From NCBI RefSeq assembly GCF_003334815.1, contig NZ_QOWO01000012.1: a stretch of 64,000 nt of DNA; one strand, given 5' to 3'. The stretch comes from Escherichia coli. Lineage in GTDB: Bacteria > Pseudomonadota > Gammaproteobacteria > Enterobacterales > Enterobacteriaceae. The position numbers were made by a program, and so were the translations under genes. The notes beneath the pieces were generated by a model. The model did not search any database and was not told where the DNA came from. It saw only the letters and a list, made by a program, of their open reading frames with translations. Shown one piece after another: positions 43,369 through 54,992 of the stretch (positions within the stretch are counted from its first letter, which is position 1; every line of letters starts with the position of its first letter).

Positions 43369-44428
43369 GTTACTGCAACAGTTGTGCGAAGCCAGCGCCG
43401 TCAGCGGCGATGAACAGGAAGTTCGCGACATTCTGATAAACACGCTGGAACCTTGCGTGAATGAAATCACCTTCGATGGTCTGGGCAGCTTTGTTGCCCG
43501 TAAGGGGAATAAAGGTCCAAAAGTTGCCGTTGTCGGACATATGGATGAAGTCGGCTTTATGGTCACCCACATCGACGAGAGCGGTTTTCTGCGTTTTACC
43601 ACCATTGGCGGCTGGTGGAATCAGTCGATGCTCAACCACCGGGTAACCATACGCACACACAAGGGAGTGAAAATCCCTGGTGTGATTGGTTCCGTCGCGC
43701 CTCATGCGTTAACGGAAAAGCAAAAGCAACAACCGCTGTCATTTGATGAGATGTTCATTGATATTGGCGCGAACAGTCGCGAAGAGGTGGAAAAGCGCGG
43801 CGTGGAAATTGGTAATTTTATTAGCCCGGAAGCCAATTTTGCCTGCTGGGGCGAAGATAAAGTGGTCGGCAAGGCGTTGGATAACCACATCGGCTGCGCA
43901 ATGATGGCTGAACTATTGCAGACGGTGAATAATCCCGAAATTACGCTGTATGGCGTTGGCAGTGTGGAAGAAGAAGTTGGGCTACGCGGGGCGCAAACCT
44001 CGGCGGAACACATTAAACCGGACGTCGTGATCGTGTTGGATACCGCCGTAGCGGGCGATGTTCCGGGCATTGATAACATTAAATACCCGCTGAAACTGGG
44101 CCAGGGGCCGGGGCTGATGCTGTTTGACAAGCGCTACTTCCCCAACCAGAAACTGGTAGCAGCGTTAAAAAGCTGTGCCGCACATAACGATTTACCGCTG
44201 CAATTTTCCACCATGAAAACCGGTGCGACGGATGGCGGGCGCTACAACGTGATGGGCGGCGGGCGTCCGGTTGTCGCGCTGTGTCTGCCAACTCGTTATC
44301 TGCACGCCAACAGCGGTATGATTTCAAAAGCCGATTACGAAGCTCTGCTCACGCTGATACGGGGTTTTCTGACGACCTTAACTGCGGAGAAAGTCAACGC
44401 GTTTAGCCAGTTCCGTCAGGTGGATTAA
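43358..44428 (+). CDS. frvX: M42-family aminopeptidase/endoglucanase-like protein FrvX
   Basis: 356 aa from MNIELLQQLCEASAVSGDEQEVRDIL. Confidence 0.9.
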   Translation: MNIELLQQLCEASAVSGDEQEVRDILINTLEPCVNEITFDGLGSFVARKGNKGPKVAVVGHMDEVGFMVTHIDESGFLRFTTIGGWWNQSMLNHRVTIRTHKGVKIPGVIGSVAPHALTEKQKQQPLSFDEMFIDIGANSREEVEKRGVEIGNFISPEANFACWGEDKVVGKALDNHIGCAMMAELLQTVNNPEITLYGVGSVEEEVGLRGAQTSAEHIKPDVVIVLDTAVAGDVPGIDNIKYPLKLGQGPGLMLFDKRYFPNQKLVAALKSCAAHNDLPLQFSTMKTGATDGGRYNVMGGGRPVVALCLPTRYLHANSGMISKADYEALLTLIRGFLTTLTAEKVNAFSQFRQVD

Positions 44429-46176
44429 TGCTAAACGAACGCCAGTTAAAGATTGTCGATCTGCTGGAGCAACAGCCGCGCACGCCTGGCGAGCTGGCGC
44501 AACAGACTGGCGTTTCAGGCAGGACCATCCTGCGTGATATTGACTATCTCAACTTCACCCTTAACGGCAAAGCCCGCATTTTCGCCAGTGGCAGTGCGGG
44601 CTATCAGCTGGAAATCTTCGAGCGCCGCAGCTTTTTTCAGTTGCTGCAAAAGCACGATAACGACGATCGGCTGCTGGCGCTGTTATTACTGAATACTTTC
44701 ACTCCCCGTGCGCAACTCGCCTCGGCGCTTAATTTGCCAGAAACGTGGGTAGCAGAGCGTCTGCCCCGGTTAAAACAGCGTTATGAACGCACTTGTTGCC
44801 TGGCCAGCCGCCCTGGTTTGGGCCATTTCATTGATGAGACAGAAGAGAAACGCGTTATCTTGCTGGCGAACTTGCTGCGCAAAGATCCGTTTTTAATTCC
44901 GCTGGCGGGCATAACACGAGACAACCTTCAGCATTTATCCACGGCCTGCGACAACCAACACCGCTGGCCGCTCATGCAGGGTGATTATCTCTCCAGCCTG
45001 ATTCTGGCGATTTACGCCCTGCGTAATCAACTGACCGATGAGTGGCCGCAATATCCCGGTGACGAGATAAAACAAATCGTTGAACATAGCGGTCTGTTTC
45101 TTGGTGATAACGCTGTAAGAACCCTGACGGGTTTGATAGAGAAACAGCATCAGCAAGCGCAGGTAATTTCAGCCGATAATGTGCAGGGGTTGCTGCAAAG
45201 GGTGCCGGGCATCGCGTCATTGAATATTATTGATGCGCAGCTGGTTGAGAATATTACCGGGCATTTATTACGTTGCCTTGCCGCACCAGTGTGGATTGCT
45301 GAGCACCGCCAGAGCAGCATGAATAACCTGAAAGCCGCCTGGCCTGCGGCCTTTGATATGAGTCTGCACTTTATTACGCTACTGCGTGAACAGCTCGATA
45401 TTCCCCTTTTCGACAGCGATCTGATCGGTTTGTATTTTGCCTGTGCGCTGGAGCGGCATCAAAACGAACGCCAGCCGATCATTTTGCTCTCGGACCAGAA
45501 CGCGATTGCCACTATTAATCAGCTCGCCATTGAGCGCGATGTTTTAAATTGTCGGGTAATTATTGCCCGTAGCTTAAGCGAACTTGTTGCCATTCGCGAA
45601 GAGATTGAGCCGTTATTGATCATTAACAACAGCCATTATTTACTGGATGACGCGGTAAATAATTACATCACCGTAAAAAATATCATTACGGCTGCCGGTA
45701 TCGAACAAATAAAACATTTTCTGGCGACGGCATTTATTCGCCAACAGCCGGAGCGTTTTTTCTCTGCCCCCGGAAGTTTTCATTATTCGAATGTACGCGG
45801 TGAAAGCTGGCAACATATTACCCGGCAAATTTGTGCGCAATTAGTCGCACAACACCATATTACCGCCGATGAAGCACAACGCATCATCGCCCGCGAAGGC
45901 GAAGGTGAAAACCTGATTGTTAATCGCCTCGCCATCCCACATTGCTGGAGCGAACAGGAGCGACGTTTTCGTGGATTTTTTATTACCCTCGCCCAACCAG
46001 TTGAGGTGAATAACGAAGTCATTAACCATGTCTTGATCGCCTGCGCCGCCGCCGATGCGCGTCATGAGCTAAAAATATTTAGCTATCTGGCAAGCATATT
46101 GTGTCAGCATCCGGCGGAGATTATTGCCGGGTTAACAGGATATGAGGCATTTATGGAGTTACTTCACAAGGGGTGA
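44428..46176 (+). CDS. frvR: Putative frv operon transcriptional regulator FrvR
   Basis: 582 aa MLNERQLKIVDLLEQQPRTPGELAQQTGVSGRTILRDIDYLN (N-terminal HTH). Confidence 0.9.
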   Translation: MLNERQLKIVDLLEQQPRTPGELAQQTGVSGRTILRDIDYLNFTLNGKARIFASGSAGYQLEIFERRSFFQLLQKHDNDDRLLALLLLNTFTPRAQLASALNLPETWVAERLPRLKQRYERTCCLASRPGLGHFIDETEEKRVILLANLLRKDPFLIPLAGITRDNLQHLSTACDNQHRWPLMQGDYLSSLILAIYALRNQLTDEWPQYPGDEIKQIVEHSGLFLGDNAVRTLTGLIEKQHQQAQVISADNVQGLLQRVPGIASLNIIDAQLVENITGHLLRCLAAPVWIAEHRQSSMNNLKAAWPAAFDMSLHFITLLREQLDIPLFDSDLIGLYFACALERHQNERQPIILLSDQNAIATINQLAIERDVLNCRVIIARSLSELVAIREEIEPLLIINNSHYLLDDAVNNYITVKNIITAAGIEQIKHFLATAFIRQQPERFFSAPGSFHYSNVRGESWQHITRQICAQLVAQHHITADEAQRIIAREGEGENLIVNRLAIPHCWSEQERRFRGFFITLAQPVEVNNEVINHVLIACAAADARHELKIFSYLASILCQHPAEIIAGLTGYEAFMELLHKG

Positions 46177-46180
46177 ACTG

Positions 46181-46206
46181 TGTCGGATGCGCCGCATCCG
46201 ACACTG
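46181..46206. terminator. Palindromic hairpin (REP-like) between convergent frvR and yiiG
   Basis: TGTGTCGGATGCGCCGCATCCGACACTG perfect dyad. Confidence 0.6.
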
Positions 46207-46225
46207 CATTTATCATCAAAAACGT

Positions 46226-47281
46226 TTAACGCAGGCTATTATAGTCATCAACCATTTCGTTGTACTCGCGTAATGCTCTCGGGAAAGAGTCTTCGACCAT
46301 CCAGCTTGAGTTTGCGTCCTGAAGTTGCTCTTTATCCCAGTCAGAGTACGGGACTTTATCTCTGATGCGGCGAACGTATTTTTTAGCCTCGAGTTGATAC
46401 TGGCCTGCCGAATTAATAAACGAGAAATTCATGCCGCCTTTATCCGCTTCTTTGGCCTGCGCCACTAGCGTTTCCAGTTCAGACACTTTCTTCATTGCCG
46501 CTTCTGCATCAAACTTATCTTGCGATATCAGGTTATTAATTTGTTTCGCTGAAATCATGACTGCCAGAGAGTAGTAGTGGAATGTTTTCCCTTCTCTTTC
46601 TTCAATATTTTTCAGTTCCGCAAGCTGACGCTTATCATTAATTTCCTGAATCGCCGCATGATAAGATTCGGCTACAGGTTCAAAGGCTTCCAGATTTTTT
46701 AAGAATGTCTGGTGCAGCGTTTTCCCTTTCGCAAACGCATCGTCTTTATAATTTTCCTGGGTGTAATATTTATCCATTTCGTTAATGGTATTACCCAACG
46801 CCACGGCAGCATCGATATAACTCACCGCCACGCCATCAATTGGTTGCAGCGCAGGCGTTAACGCCACAGCACTTTTTACGCCTTTTTCACACTCAGCGAG
46901 GTTGGATTCACTAATGCCGTAGATGCCATAAACAGTACGCTCTTCACCGGTAGGCCCCTGTTTAAAATCTTTCAGCCAGTCAGCATAACGCGCCAGACTG
47001 CGCTGTACCGGGATCTGTAACTTGTTGTAGCACTTGATATAGACATCCATTTTTTCGTCGAAAACCGCTTGTTCATCGACCACCGGTTGCGCAGGTGTTT
47101 CAGGTTTAGCTTCTGCTTTTGCAACGGGAGCTTCAGTAGGTTTCGCTTCAGGAGCTGGTGCGGCAGGTTGACTATTGGCAGGCGGGAGCGTTTCTGTTTC
47201 GGCTTTTTTATCATCACAACCCGTCAGACCGAGGGACATGATGGCGACTATAATAGCGGAAGATAATAAATTCCTTTTCAT
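46226..47281 (-). CDS. yiiG: Uncharacterized lipoprotein YiiG (DUF3829)
   Basis: 351 aa, lipobox LTGC in MKRNLLSSAIIVAIMSLGLTGCDDKK; Ala/Pro/Glu-rich linker. Confidence 0.85.
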   Translation of the reverse strand: MKRNLLSSAIIVAIMSLGLTGCDDKKAETETLPPANSQPAAPAPEAKPTEAPVAKAEAKPETPAQPVVDEQAVFDEKMDVYIKCYNKLQIPVQRSLARYADWLKDFKQGPTGEERTVYGIYGISESNLAECEKGVKSAVALTPALQPIDGVAVSYIDAAVALGNTINEMDKYYTQENYKDDAFAKGKTLHQTFLKNLEAFEPVAESYHAAIQEINDKRQLAELKNIEEREGKTFHYYSLAVMISAKQINNLISQDKFDAEAAMKKVSELETLVAQAKEADKGGMNFSFINSAGQYQLEAKKYVRRIRDKVPYSDWDKEQLQDANSSWMVEDSFPRALREYNEMVDDYNSLR

Positions 47282-47391
47282 TTAATTGCCTTATAAATAT
47301 ATAGATAAGAGAGTGAACATAATAAATGAAAAAAGAAAACGCCACTACACGCATTTTGTTTATAAATAAAATAATAAAATTCACGAAATGA

Positions 47392-47428
47392 ATAAGTCCT
47401 GCAATTTAATATATTTCGCAGGACTTAT
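47392..47428. terminator. Hairpin downstream of fdhD (minus strand)
   Basis: AAGTCCTGCaatttaatatatttcGCAGGACTTatttt. Confidence 0.55.
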
Positions 47429-47433
47429 TTTAA

Positions 47434-48267
47434 TTAATTGCTCAAACGCTGCGGATGGGTATAAACCGTTGCCCGACCCGGTTTACAAAAACCTACCAGT
47501 GTCAGATTACAGCGCTCAGCCACTTCTACAGCAAGCGTGGTCGCGGCAGACACCGCAAACAAAATCTCTACGCCGCACATCGCCGACTTTTGCACCATTT
47601 CATAACTGGCACGACTGGAAACCAGTACCGCACCTTGCTGCCAGCTTTCCCCTTCTTGTGACCGGCGGCCTAACAGTTTGTCCAGCGCCACATGGCGACC
47701 CACGTCTTCATGCCCGCCGACCAGTTCGCCAGATGGCAACATCCAGGCAGCGGCGTGAGTACAACCAGTCAGTTGCCCCACTGGCTGAAAATCGTTGAGA
47801 TGACGTAATGCATCATCCAGTTTGTTGAGATCAAACGTCTGGGTGAACGGTAGCGGCTGCACCGGTTTTCCGATGTCATTAAGTTGCTCCACGCCGCATA
47901 CGCCACAGCCCGTACGTCCCGCCAGCGCCCGGCGGCGCTCCTTCAACCCCATAAAGCGGCGGCTGGAAAGCTCAATTTGTACTTCAAGACCATTACAGGA
48001 AGGAACGACATCCATGCCGAAGATATCGCGCGGACTTTCGATAATCCCCTCGGAAAGCGAAAAACCGAGCGCAAAGTACTCAAGGTCTTTGGGCGACGCC
48101 ATCATCACCACATGCGAAATGCCGTTGTAGACCAGCGCAACGGGAACTTCTTCCGCGACCTCATCTAACCGTGGGTGTTGTAAATCATCACGCCGCCATA
48201 ACTCAATTTGATGAACACCTGTGATATTTGTCACATTTTCGATTTCTTTTCGCTGTGTTTTTTTCAC
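47434..48267 (-). CDS. fdhD: Formate dehydrogenase sulfurtransferase/accessory protein FdhD
   Basis: 277 aa [37 protein letters not shown]. Confidence 0.94.
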   Translation of the reverse strand: MKKTQRKEIENVTNITGVHQIELWRRDDLQHPRLDEVAEEVPVALVYNGISHVVMMASPKDLEYFALGFSLSEGIIESPRDIFGMDVVPSCNGLEVQIELSSRRFMGLKERRRALAGRTGCGVCGVEQLNDIGKPVQPLPFTQTFDLNKLDDALRHLNDFQPVGQLTGCTHAAAWMLPSGELVGGHEDVGRHVALDKLLGRRSQEGESWQQGAVLVSSRASYEMVQKSAMCGVEILFAVSAATTLAVEVAERCNLTLVGFCKPGRATVYTHPQRLSN

Positions 48268-48460
48268 TTTCTCTTAACCAGATAAGAACACACACACCAA
48301 CATTATGGTATTCTGTTACAAACCCTTCCTGGATGGAGGGAAATTGAGCCAATTCTGGACCTTTGCGGCCCCTTCCGCAAAGAAAAATAACTCCCACTCC
48401 CTGCACACGCAGCAAGCGAATGTAAATGGGACGTGACAATGTCGAAACAAGGAGCAATCC

Positions 48461-51400
48461 ATGCAGGTCAGCAGAAGGCAGTTCTTTAAGATCTGCGCTG
48501 GCGGTATGGCAGGCACCACGGCAGCGGCACTGGGTTTTGCACCCAGCGTAGCACTCGCGGAAACCCGGCAGTATAAACTGCTGCGCACCCGCGAAACCCG
48601 TAATACCTGCACCTATTGTTCCGTAGGCTGTGGGCTGTTGATGTACAGCCTCGGTGACGGAGCAAAAAACGCCAAAGCATCTATCTTCCATATCGAAGGC
48701 GATCCGGATCACCCGGTCAACCGCGGTGCACTTTGTCCGAAAGGCGCTGGCCTGGTGGATTTCATCCACTCCGAAAGCCGTCTGAAGTTTCCGGAATACC
48801 GTGCGCCAGGTTCTGATAAATGGCAGCAAATCAGTTGGGAAGAGGCGTTTGATCGCATCGCCAAACTGATGAAAGAAGACCGCGATGCTAACTACATTGC
48901 GCAAAACGCCGAAGGCGTGACTGTTAACCGCTGGCTCTCCACCGGGATGCTGTGTGCTTCCGCGTCGAGTAACGAAACCGGCTATTTAACGCAAAAATTC
49001 TCCCGCGCGCTGGGTATGCTCGCGGTCGACAACCAGGCGCGTGTCTGACACGGACCAACGGTAGCAAGTCTTGCTCCAACATTTGGTCGCGGTGCGATGA
49101 CCAACCACTGGGTCGACATCAAGAACGCCAACCTCGTCGTGGTGATGGGCGGTAACGCCGCTGAAGCTCACCCGGTCGGGTTCCGCTGGGCGATGGAAGC
49201 CAAAATTCACAACGGCGCGAAGCTGATTGTGATCGATCCTCGCTTTACGCGTACGGCGGCGGTAGCTGACTACTATGCCCCTATTCGTTCCGGTACTGAC
49301 ATTGCTTTCCTGTCAGGCGTATTGCTGTACCTGCTGAACAATGAAAAATTCAACCGCGAATACACCGAAGCCTATACCAACGCCAGCCTGATCGTGCGTG
49401 AGGATTACGGCTTTGAAGATGGCCTGTTCACCGGCTACGACGCGGAAAAACGCAAGTACGATAAATCCTCCTGGACTTATGAACTGGACGAAAACGGCTT
49501 CGCCAAACGCGATACCACGCTGCAACATCCGCGCTGCGTGTGGAACTTGCTGAAACAGCACGTTTCCCGCTACACGCCAGATGTGGTTGAAAACATCTGT
49601 GGTACGCCAAAAGACGCGTTCCTGAAAGTCTGCGAATACATCGCAGAAACCAGTGCTCACGATAAAACTGCCTCGTTCCTGTATGCCCTCGGCTGGACGC
49701 AACACTCCGTTGGTGCGCAAAACATTCGTACGATGGCGATGATCCAGCTGCTGCTCGGCAATATGGGGATGGCAGGCGGCGGCGTTAACGCCCTGCGCGG
49801 TCACTCCAATATTCAGGGGCTGACGGACCTGGGGCTGCTGTCGCAGAGCCTGCCAGGTTACATGACGCTGCCAAGCGAGAAGCAGACCGATCTGCAAACC
49901 TACCTTACCGCCAACACGCCAAAACCGCTGCTGGAAGGCCAGGTAAACTACTGGGGCAACTACCCGAAATTCTTCGTCTCTATGATGAAGGCCTTCTTTG
50001 GTGATAAAGCGACGGCGGAAAATAGCTGGGGCTTTGACTGGTTGCCGAAGTGGGATAAAGGCTACGACGTCCTGCAATACTTCGAGATGATGAAAGAGGG
50101 CAAGGTCAATGGCTATATCTGCCAGGGCTTTAACCCTGTTGCCTCATTCCCGAACAAAAACAAAGTGATCGGTTGTCTGTCGAAACTGAAGTTCCTCGTC
50201 ACCATCGACCCACTGAACACTGAAACCTCTAACTTCTGGCAGAACCACGGTGAGCTGAACGAAGTTGACTCGTCGAAGATCCAGACCGAAGTGTTCCGTC
50301 TGCCATCGACCTGCTTCGCGGAAGAGAACGGTTCTATCGTTAACTCAGGTCGCTGGTTACAGTGGCACTGGAAAGGTGCGGACGCCCCGGGGATTGCGCT
50401 GACTGACGGCGAGATCCTCTCCGGTATCTTCCTGCGCTTGCGCAAGATGTATGCCGAACAGGGTGGCGCGAACCCGGACCAGGTGCTGAACATGACATGG
50501 AACTACGCCATTCCGCATGAGCCATCTTCAGAAGAAGTGGCGATGGAGAGCAACGGTAAGGCGCTGGCCGATATTACCGATCCGGCAACCGGTGCGGTTA
50601 TCGTCAAGAAAGGCCAACAACTTAGTTCGTTCGCCCAATTGCGCGATGACGGTACAACCTCCTGTGGCTGCTGGATTTTCGCCGGTAGCTGGACGCCGGA
50701 AGGCAACCAGATGGCACGCCGTGATAACGCCGATCCGTCTGGCCTCGGTAACACGCTGGGCTGGGCATGGGCATGGCCGCTTAACCGCCGCATTCTGTAT
50801 AACCGCGCCTCCGCAGATCCGCAGGGTAACCCGTGGGATCCGAAGCGTCAGTTGCTGAAATGGGACGGCACTAAGTGGACCGGCTGGGATATTCCGGACT
50901 ACAGCGCAGCGCCTCCGGGTAGCGGCGTCGGGCCGTTTATCATGCAGCAGGAAGGCATGGGGCGTCTGTTTGCCCTCGATAAGATGGCGGAAGGTCCGTT
51001 CCCGGAACACTACGAGCCGTTTGAAACGCCGCTGGGAACTAACCCGCTGCATCCAAACGTTATCTCGAACCCGGCTGCACGTATCTTTAAAGACGACGCC
51101 GAAGCATTGGGTAAAGCCGATAAGTTCCCGTATGTCGGAACCACCTATCGTCTGACCGAGCACTTCCACTACTGGACCAAACACGCGCTGTTGAACGCGA
51201 TTTTGCAGCCAGAGCAGTTTGTGGAAATCGGGGAGTCGCTGGCGAATAAACTTGGCATTGCCCAGGGCGATACCGTGAAAGTCTCCTCCAACCGTGGCTA
51301 TATCAAAGCCAAAGCGGTGGTGACCAAACGTATTCGCACGCTGAAAGCGAACGGCAAAGATATCGATACCATCGGTATTCCGATTCACTGGGGCTATGAA

Positions 51401-51511
51401 GGCGTAGCTAAAAAAGGCTTTATTGCCAATACTTTAACGCCATTCGTTGGTGATGCGAACACGCAGACGCCGGAGTTTAAGTCCTTCCTTGTGAATGTGG
51501 AAAAGGTGTAA
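48461..51511 (+). CDS. fdoG: Formate dehydrogenase-O catalytic subunit (selenocysteine-containing, Tat-exported); UGA at 49046..49048 read as Sec
   Basis: ORF track splits it into 48461..49048 and in-frame 49097..51511; Tat motif SRRQFFK; UGA falls in the expected active-site region; total 1016 codons. Confidence 0.93.
49049..49095 (+). other. Predicted bacterial SECIS hairpin directing Sec insertion at the fdoG UGA
   Basis: Position immediately 3' of the in-frame UGA; local dyad ggtagcaagtcttgctcc; structure not folded. Confidence 0.55.
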
Positions 51512-51523
51512 CGGAGACGACAT

Positions 51524-52426
51524 ATGGCTTATCAATCTCAAGATATCATTCGTCGTTCCGCGACTAACGGTCTGACCCCCGCGCCTCAGGCGCGGGACTT
51601 CCAGGAAGAAGTGGCGAAACTCATCGACGTTACCACCTGTATCGGCTGTAAAGCCTGTCAGGTGGCGTGTTCAGAGTGGAACGACATTCGCGATACCGTC
51701 GGCAATAACATTGGGGTGTACGACAACCCCAATGATTTAAGCGCCAAATCGTGGACGGTAATGCGCTTCTCGGAAGTGGAGCAGAACGACAAACTGGAAT
51801 GGCTGATCCGCAAAGACGGCTGTATGCACTGTTCCGATCCAGGCTGCCTGAAAGCGTGCCCGGCGGAAGGTGCAATTATTCAGTATGCCAACGGTATCGT
51901 CGACTTCCAGTCCGAGCAGTGCATTGGCTGCGGTTATTGCATTGCGGGCTGTCCGTTCGACATTCCGCGCCTCAACCCGGAAGACAACCGCGTCTACAAA
52001 TGTACGCTGTGCGTTGACCGCGTGGTGGTTGGGCAAGAACCAGCCTGCGTGAAGACCTGCCCAACGGGCGCGATTCACTTCGGTACGAAAGAGTCGATGA
52101 AAACGCTGGCGAGCGAGCGCGTTGCTGAGCTGAAAACCCGCGGTTACGACAATGCGGGTCTGTACGATCCGGCAGGCGTCGGTGGTACACACGTCATGTA
52201 CGTGCTGCACCATGCTGACAAGCCAAATCTGTATCATGGCTTGCCGGAGAACCCGGAAATCAGCGAAACCGTGAAATTCTGGAAAGGCATCTGGAAACCG
52301 CTCGCGGCTGTTGGCTTTGCGGCTACCTTTGCGGCCAGTATCTTCCACTACGTGGGTGTCGGTCCGAACCGTGCGGATGAGGAAGAGAATAATCTGCACG
52401 AAGAGAAAGACGAGGAGCGCAAATGA
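51524..52426 (+). CDS. fdoH: Formate dehydrogenase-O iron-sulfur subunit
   Basis: 300 aa; multiple ferredoxin-type CxxCxxCxxxCP clusters; C-terminal TM anchor. Confidence 0.95.
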
Positions 52427-53058
52427 AACGACGTGACACCATCGTGCGCTACACCGCGCCGGAACGTATCAACCACTGGATCACCGCCTTCTGCTTCATC
52501 CTGGCGGCGGTGAGCGGGCTGGGCTTTTTGTTCCCGTCCTTCAACTGGTTGATGCAAATCATGGGCACACCGCAGCTGGCGCGAATTCTGCACCCGTTTG
52601 TCGGCGTGGTTATGTTTGCCTCGTTCATCATCATGTTTTTCCGTTACTGGCATCACAACCTAATCAATCGGGATGATATCTTTTGGGCGAAGAATATTCG
52701 TAAGATCGTCGTCAACGAGGAAGTAGGTGACACCGGGCGTTATAACTTCGGTCAGAAATGCGTTTTCTGGGCGGCGATTATTTTCCTGGTTCTGCTGCTG
52801 GTGAGCGGCGTGATTATCTGGCGTCCTTATTTTGCGCCTGCTTTCTCAATCCCGGTGATCCGATTCGCGTTAATGCTGCATTCATTTGCCGCAGTGGCGT
52901 TAATTGTGGTTATCATGGTGCATATCTACGCCGCCCTTTGGGTGAAAGGCACGATTACCGCCATGGTGGAAGGATGGGTTACCAGCGCCTGGGCGAAGAA
53001 ACATCACCCGCGCTGGTACCGTGAGGTCCGCAAGACAACGGAAAAGAAAGCTGAATGA
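52423..53058 (+). CDS. fdoI: Formate dehydrogenase-O cytochrome b556 subunit
   Basis: 211 aa [38 protein letters not shown]. Confidence 0.95.
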
Positions 53059-53984
53059 GTATTCGCATAATCCCGCAAGATGAGCTGGGTTCAAGCGAGA
53101 AACGTACGGCGGATATGATTCCGCCGTTATTGTTCCCTCGGCTCAAGAATTTATACAACCGCCGCGCCGAGCGTCTGCGCGAGCTGGCAGAAAATAATCC
53201 TCTGGGTGATTACCTGCGCTTTGCTGCGCTTATCGCCCACGCCCAGGAAGTGGTGCTGTACGACCATCCGCTGGAGATGGATCTGACTGCGCGCATTAAA
53301 GAAGCCAGCGCACAAGGCAAGCCCCCGCTGGATATTCACGTTCTGCCGCGTGATAAGCACTGGCAAAAGCTGCTGATGGCGCTGATTGCTGAGCTGAAAC
53401 CTGAAATGAGCGGCCCGGCGCTGGCAGTGATTGAGAATCTGGAGAAGGCATCGACTCAGGAGCTGGAAGATATGGCCAGCGCGCTGTTTGCCTCTGATTT
53501 CTCGTCCGTCAGCAGCGATAAAGCGCCGTTTATCTGGGCTGCACTGTCGCTCTACTGGGCGCAGATGGCCAATCTGATCCCCGGCAAAGCCCGCGCTGAA
53601 TACGGCGAGCAACGTCAATATTGCCCGGTTTGTGGTTCTATGCCGGTGTCCAGCATGGTGCAAATTGGCACCACTCAGGGGCTACGTTACCTGCACTGCA
53701 ACCTGTGTGAAACTGAATGGCACGTAGTGCGCGTAAAATGCAGCAACTGCGAGCAGAGCGGCAAACTGCATTACTGGTCGCTGGATGACGAACAGGCCGC
53801 GATTAAAGCCGAAAGCTGCGATGACTGCGACACTTACCTGAAAATTCTCTATCAGGAAAAAGATCCAAAAATCGAAGCCGTAGCAGATGACCTCGCCTCT
53901 CTGGTACTGGACGCACGAATGGAGCAAGAAGGCTATGCCCGCAGTTCCATCAACCCGTTCCTGTTTCCGGGTGAAGGAGAGTAA
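53055..53984 (+). CDS. fdhE: Formate dehydrogenase maturation protein FdhE
   Basis: 309 aa [28 protein letters not shown]; CxxC pairs (rubredoxin-like). Confidence 0.95.
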   Translation: MSIRIIPQDELGSSEKRTADMIPPLLFPRLKNLYNRRAERLRELAENNPLGDYLRFAALIAHAQEVVLYDHPLEMDLTARIKEASAQGKPPLDIHVLPRDKHWQKLLMALIAELKPEMSGPALAVIENLEKASTQELEDMASALFASDFSSVSSDKAPFIWAALSLYWAQMANLIPGKARAEYGEQRQYCPVCGSMPVSSMVQIGTTQGLRYLHCNLCETEWHVVRVKCSNCEQSGKLHYWSLDDEQAAIKAESCDDCDTYLKILYQEKDPKIEAVADDLASLVLDARMEQEGYARSSINPFLFPGEGE

Positions 53985-54149
53985 TCTCTGACGTTTTCCG
54001 GGTGGCGCAGGTCGCCCGGATTACAGCTCATAGGGTGTGACGACACCATCTCTCGTATTCCGCGTTACCACCTCAAGCTATGCCGCCAGTGCCGGTTTGG
54101 CCTCAATTTACCCACCACCACATCAATAAGGTTATGGGCATGAGACTGA

Positions 54150-54292
54150 TGACAAGCGTAAGATTGCCTGATGCGCTGCGCTTATCAGGCCTACCAATAA
54201 ACTGCAATACATTGAATTTATACGACTTTGTAGGCCGGATAAGGCGTTCACGCCGCATCCGGCATGAACAACGCGCACGTTGTCAGCAATCT
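54150..54292. repeat. REP/BIME element(s)
   Basis: gcctgatgcgctgcgcttatcaggcctac ... gtaggccggataaggcgttcacgccgcatccggca. Confidence 0.85.
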
Positions 54293-54313
54293 GATTGACA
54301 TCATTTTTTCCCA

Positions 54314-54532
54314 TTACCATTCCTCGCGCAGCTTACGCTGATATTCGACACCATCTTCCTCACACCCTTGCCAGATGCCAGGAACACTGGTTCTTGCTGT
54401 TTGCGATTGATTTATCAGGTATTGATCTACCGCTTCCCTTAATAGGTCCGCACGAGGAAGATTACGCTGCACCTCGAGATCATCAAGTTGCTTAATCACC
54501 TCATTCGATAAATCGAGTAAAATTCTGCCCAT
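54314..54532 (-). CDS. yiiF: CopG/RHH-family small DNA-binding protein YiiF
   Basis: ORF track 80 aa; likely start [39 protein letters not shown] (72 aa); RHH-like pattern. Confidence 0.8.
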
Positions 54533-54773
54533 ATCTATACCTGCCAGAGAGTTCATAAATATCTCGCCAATATCATTTTTGAATCTATGGAGAGAAAAGT
54601 ACCCTTGCCGAATCTTTAAAGAAAGCTCATTTACGCATCATTTTTTATTTTTGCGAGGCGTTTTCCAGATATGATGTAACAGTTGCAGTTATTATAAGTT
54701 CAAGTAAAACAGCCTTGTATTAATACCAGAATAAGGGCATCTGTTTTTTATATTCAAGAATGAAAAATTTTTG

Positions 54774-54992
54774 TCATTCCTTATGCTCCTTACACTGATC
54801 ATCAACACCAACTACCTCCCCCTTTTGCCTGCCTCCCTTTGCTTTACGCACCGGGAATTGCTGACGTTCCAGATATTGCTCTACCGCTTCGCGTAAAATT
54901 GCAGATCGTGAAACCTTACGCCAGCCCCGAAGCTTGTTCAGCCGTTTAATTGCCTCTTCTGATAAATGAAGAAAAACCGTATTCATCGCCAT
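54774..54992 (-). CDS. yiiE: CopG/RHH-family small DNA-binding protein YiiE (paralog of YiiF)
   Basis: ORF track 81 aa; likely start MAMNTVFLHLSEEAIKRLNKLRGWRKVSRSAILREAVEQYL (72 aa); shares LREAV[DE]QYL with YiiF. Confidence 0.8.
   Translation of the reverse strand: MAMNTVFLHLSEEAIKRLNKLRGWRKVSRSAILREAVEQYLERQQFPVRKAKGGRQKGEVVGVDDQCKEHKE

Noticed and set aside
48461-51511. fdoG as a pseudogene split by an internal stop
   Set aside because: The stop is TGA, both pieces are in frame and the full length matches the selenoprotein; interpreted as Sec recoding.
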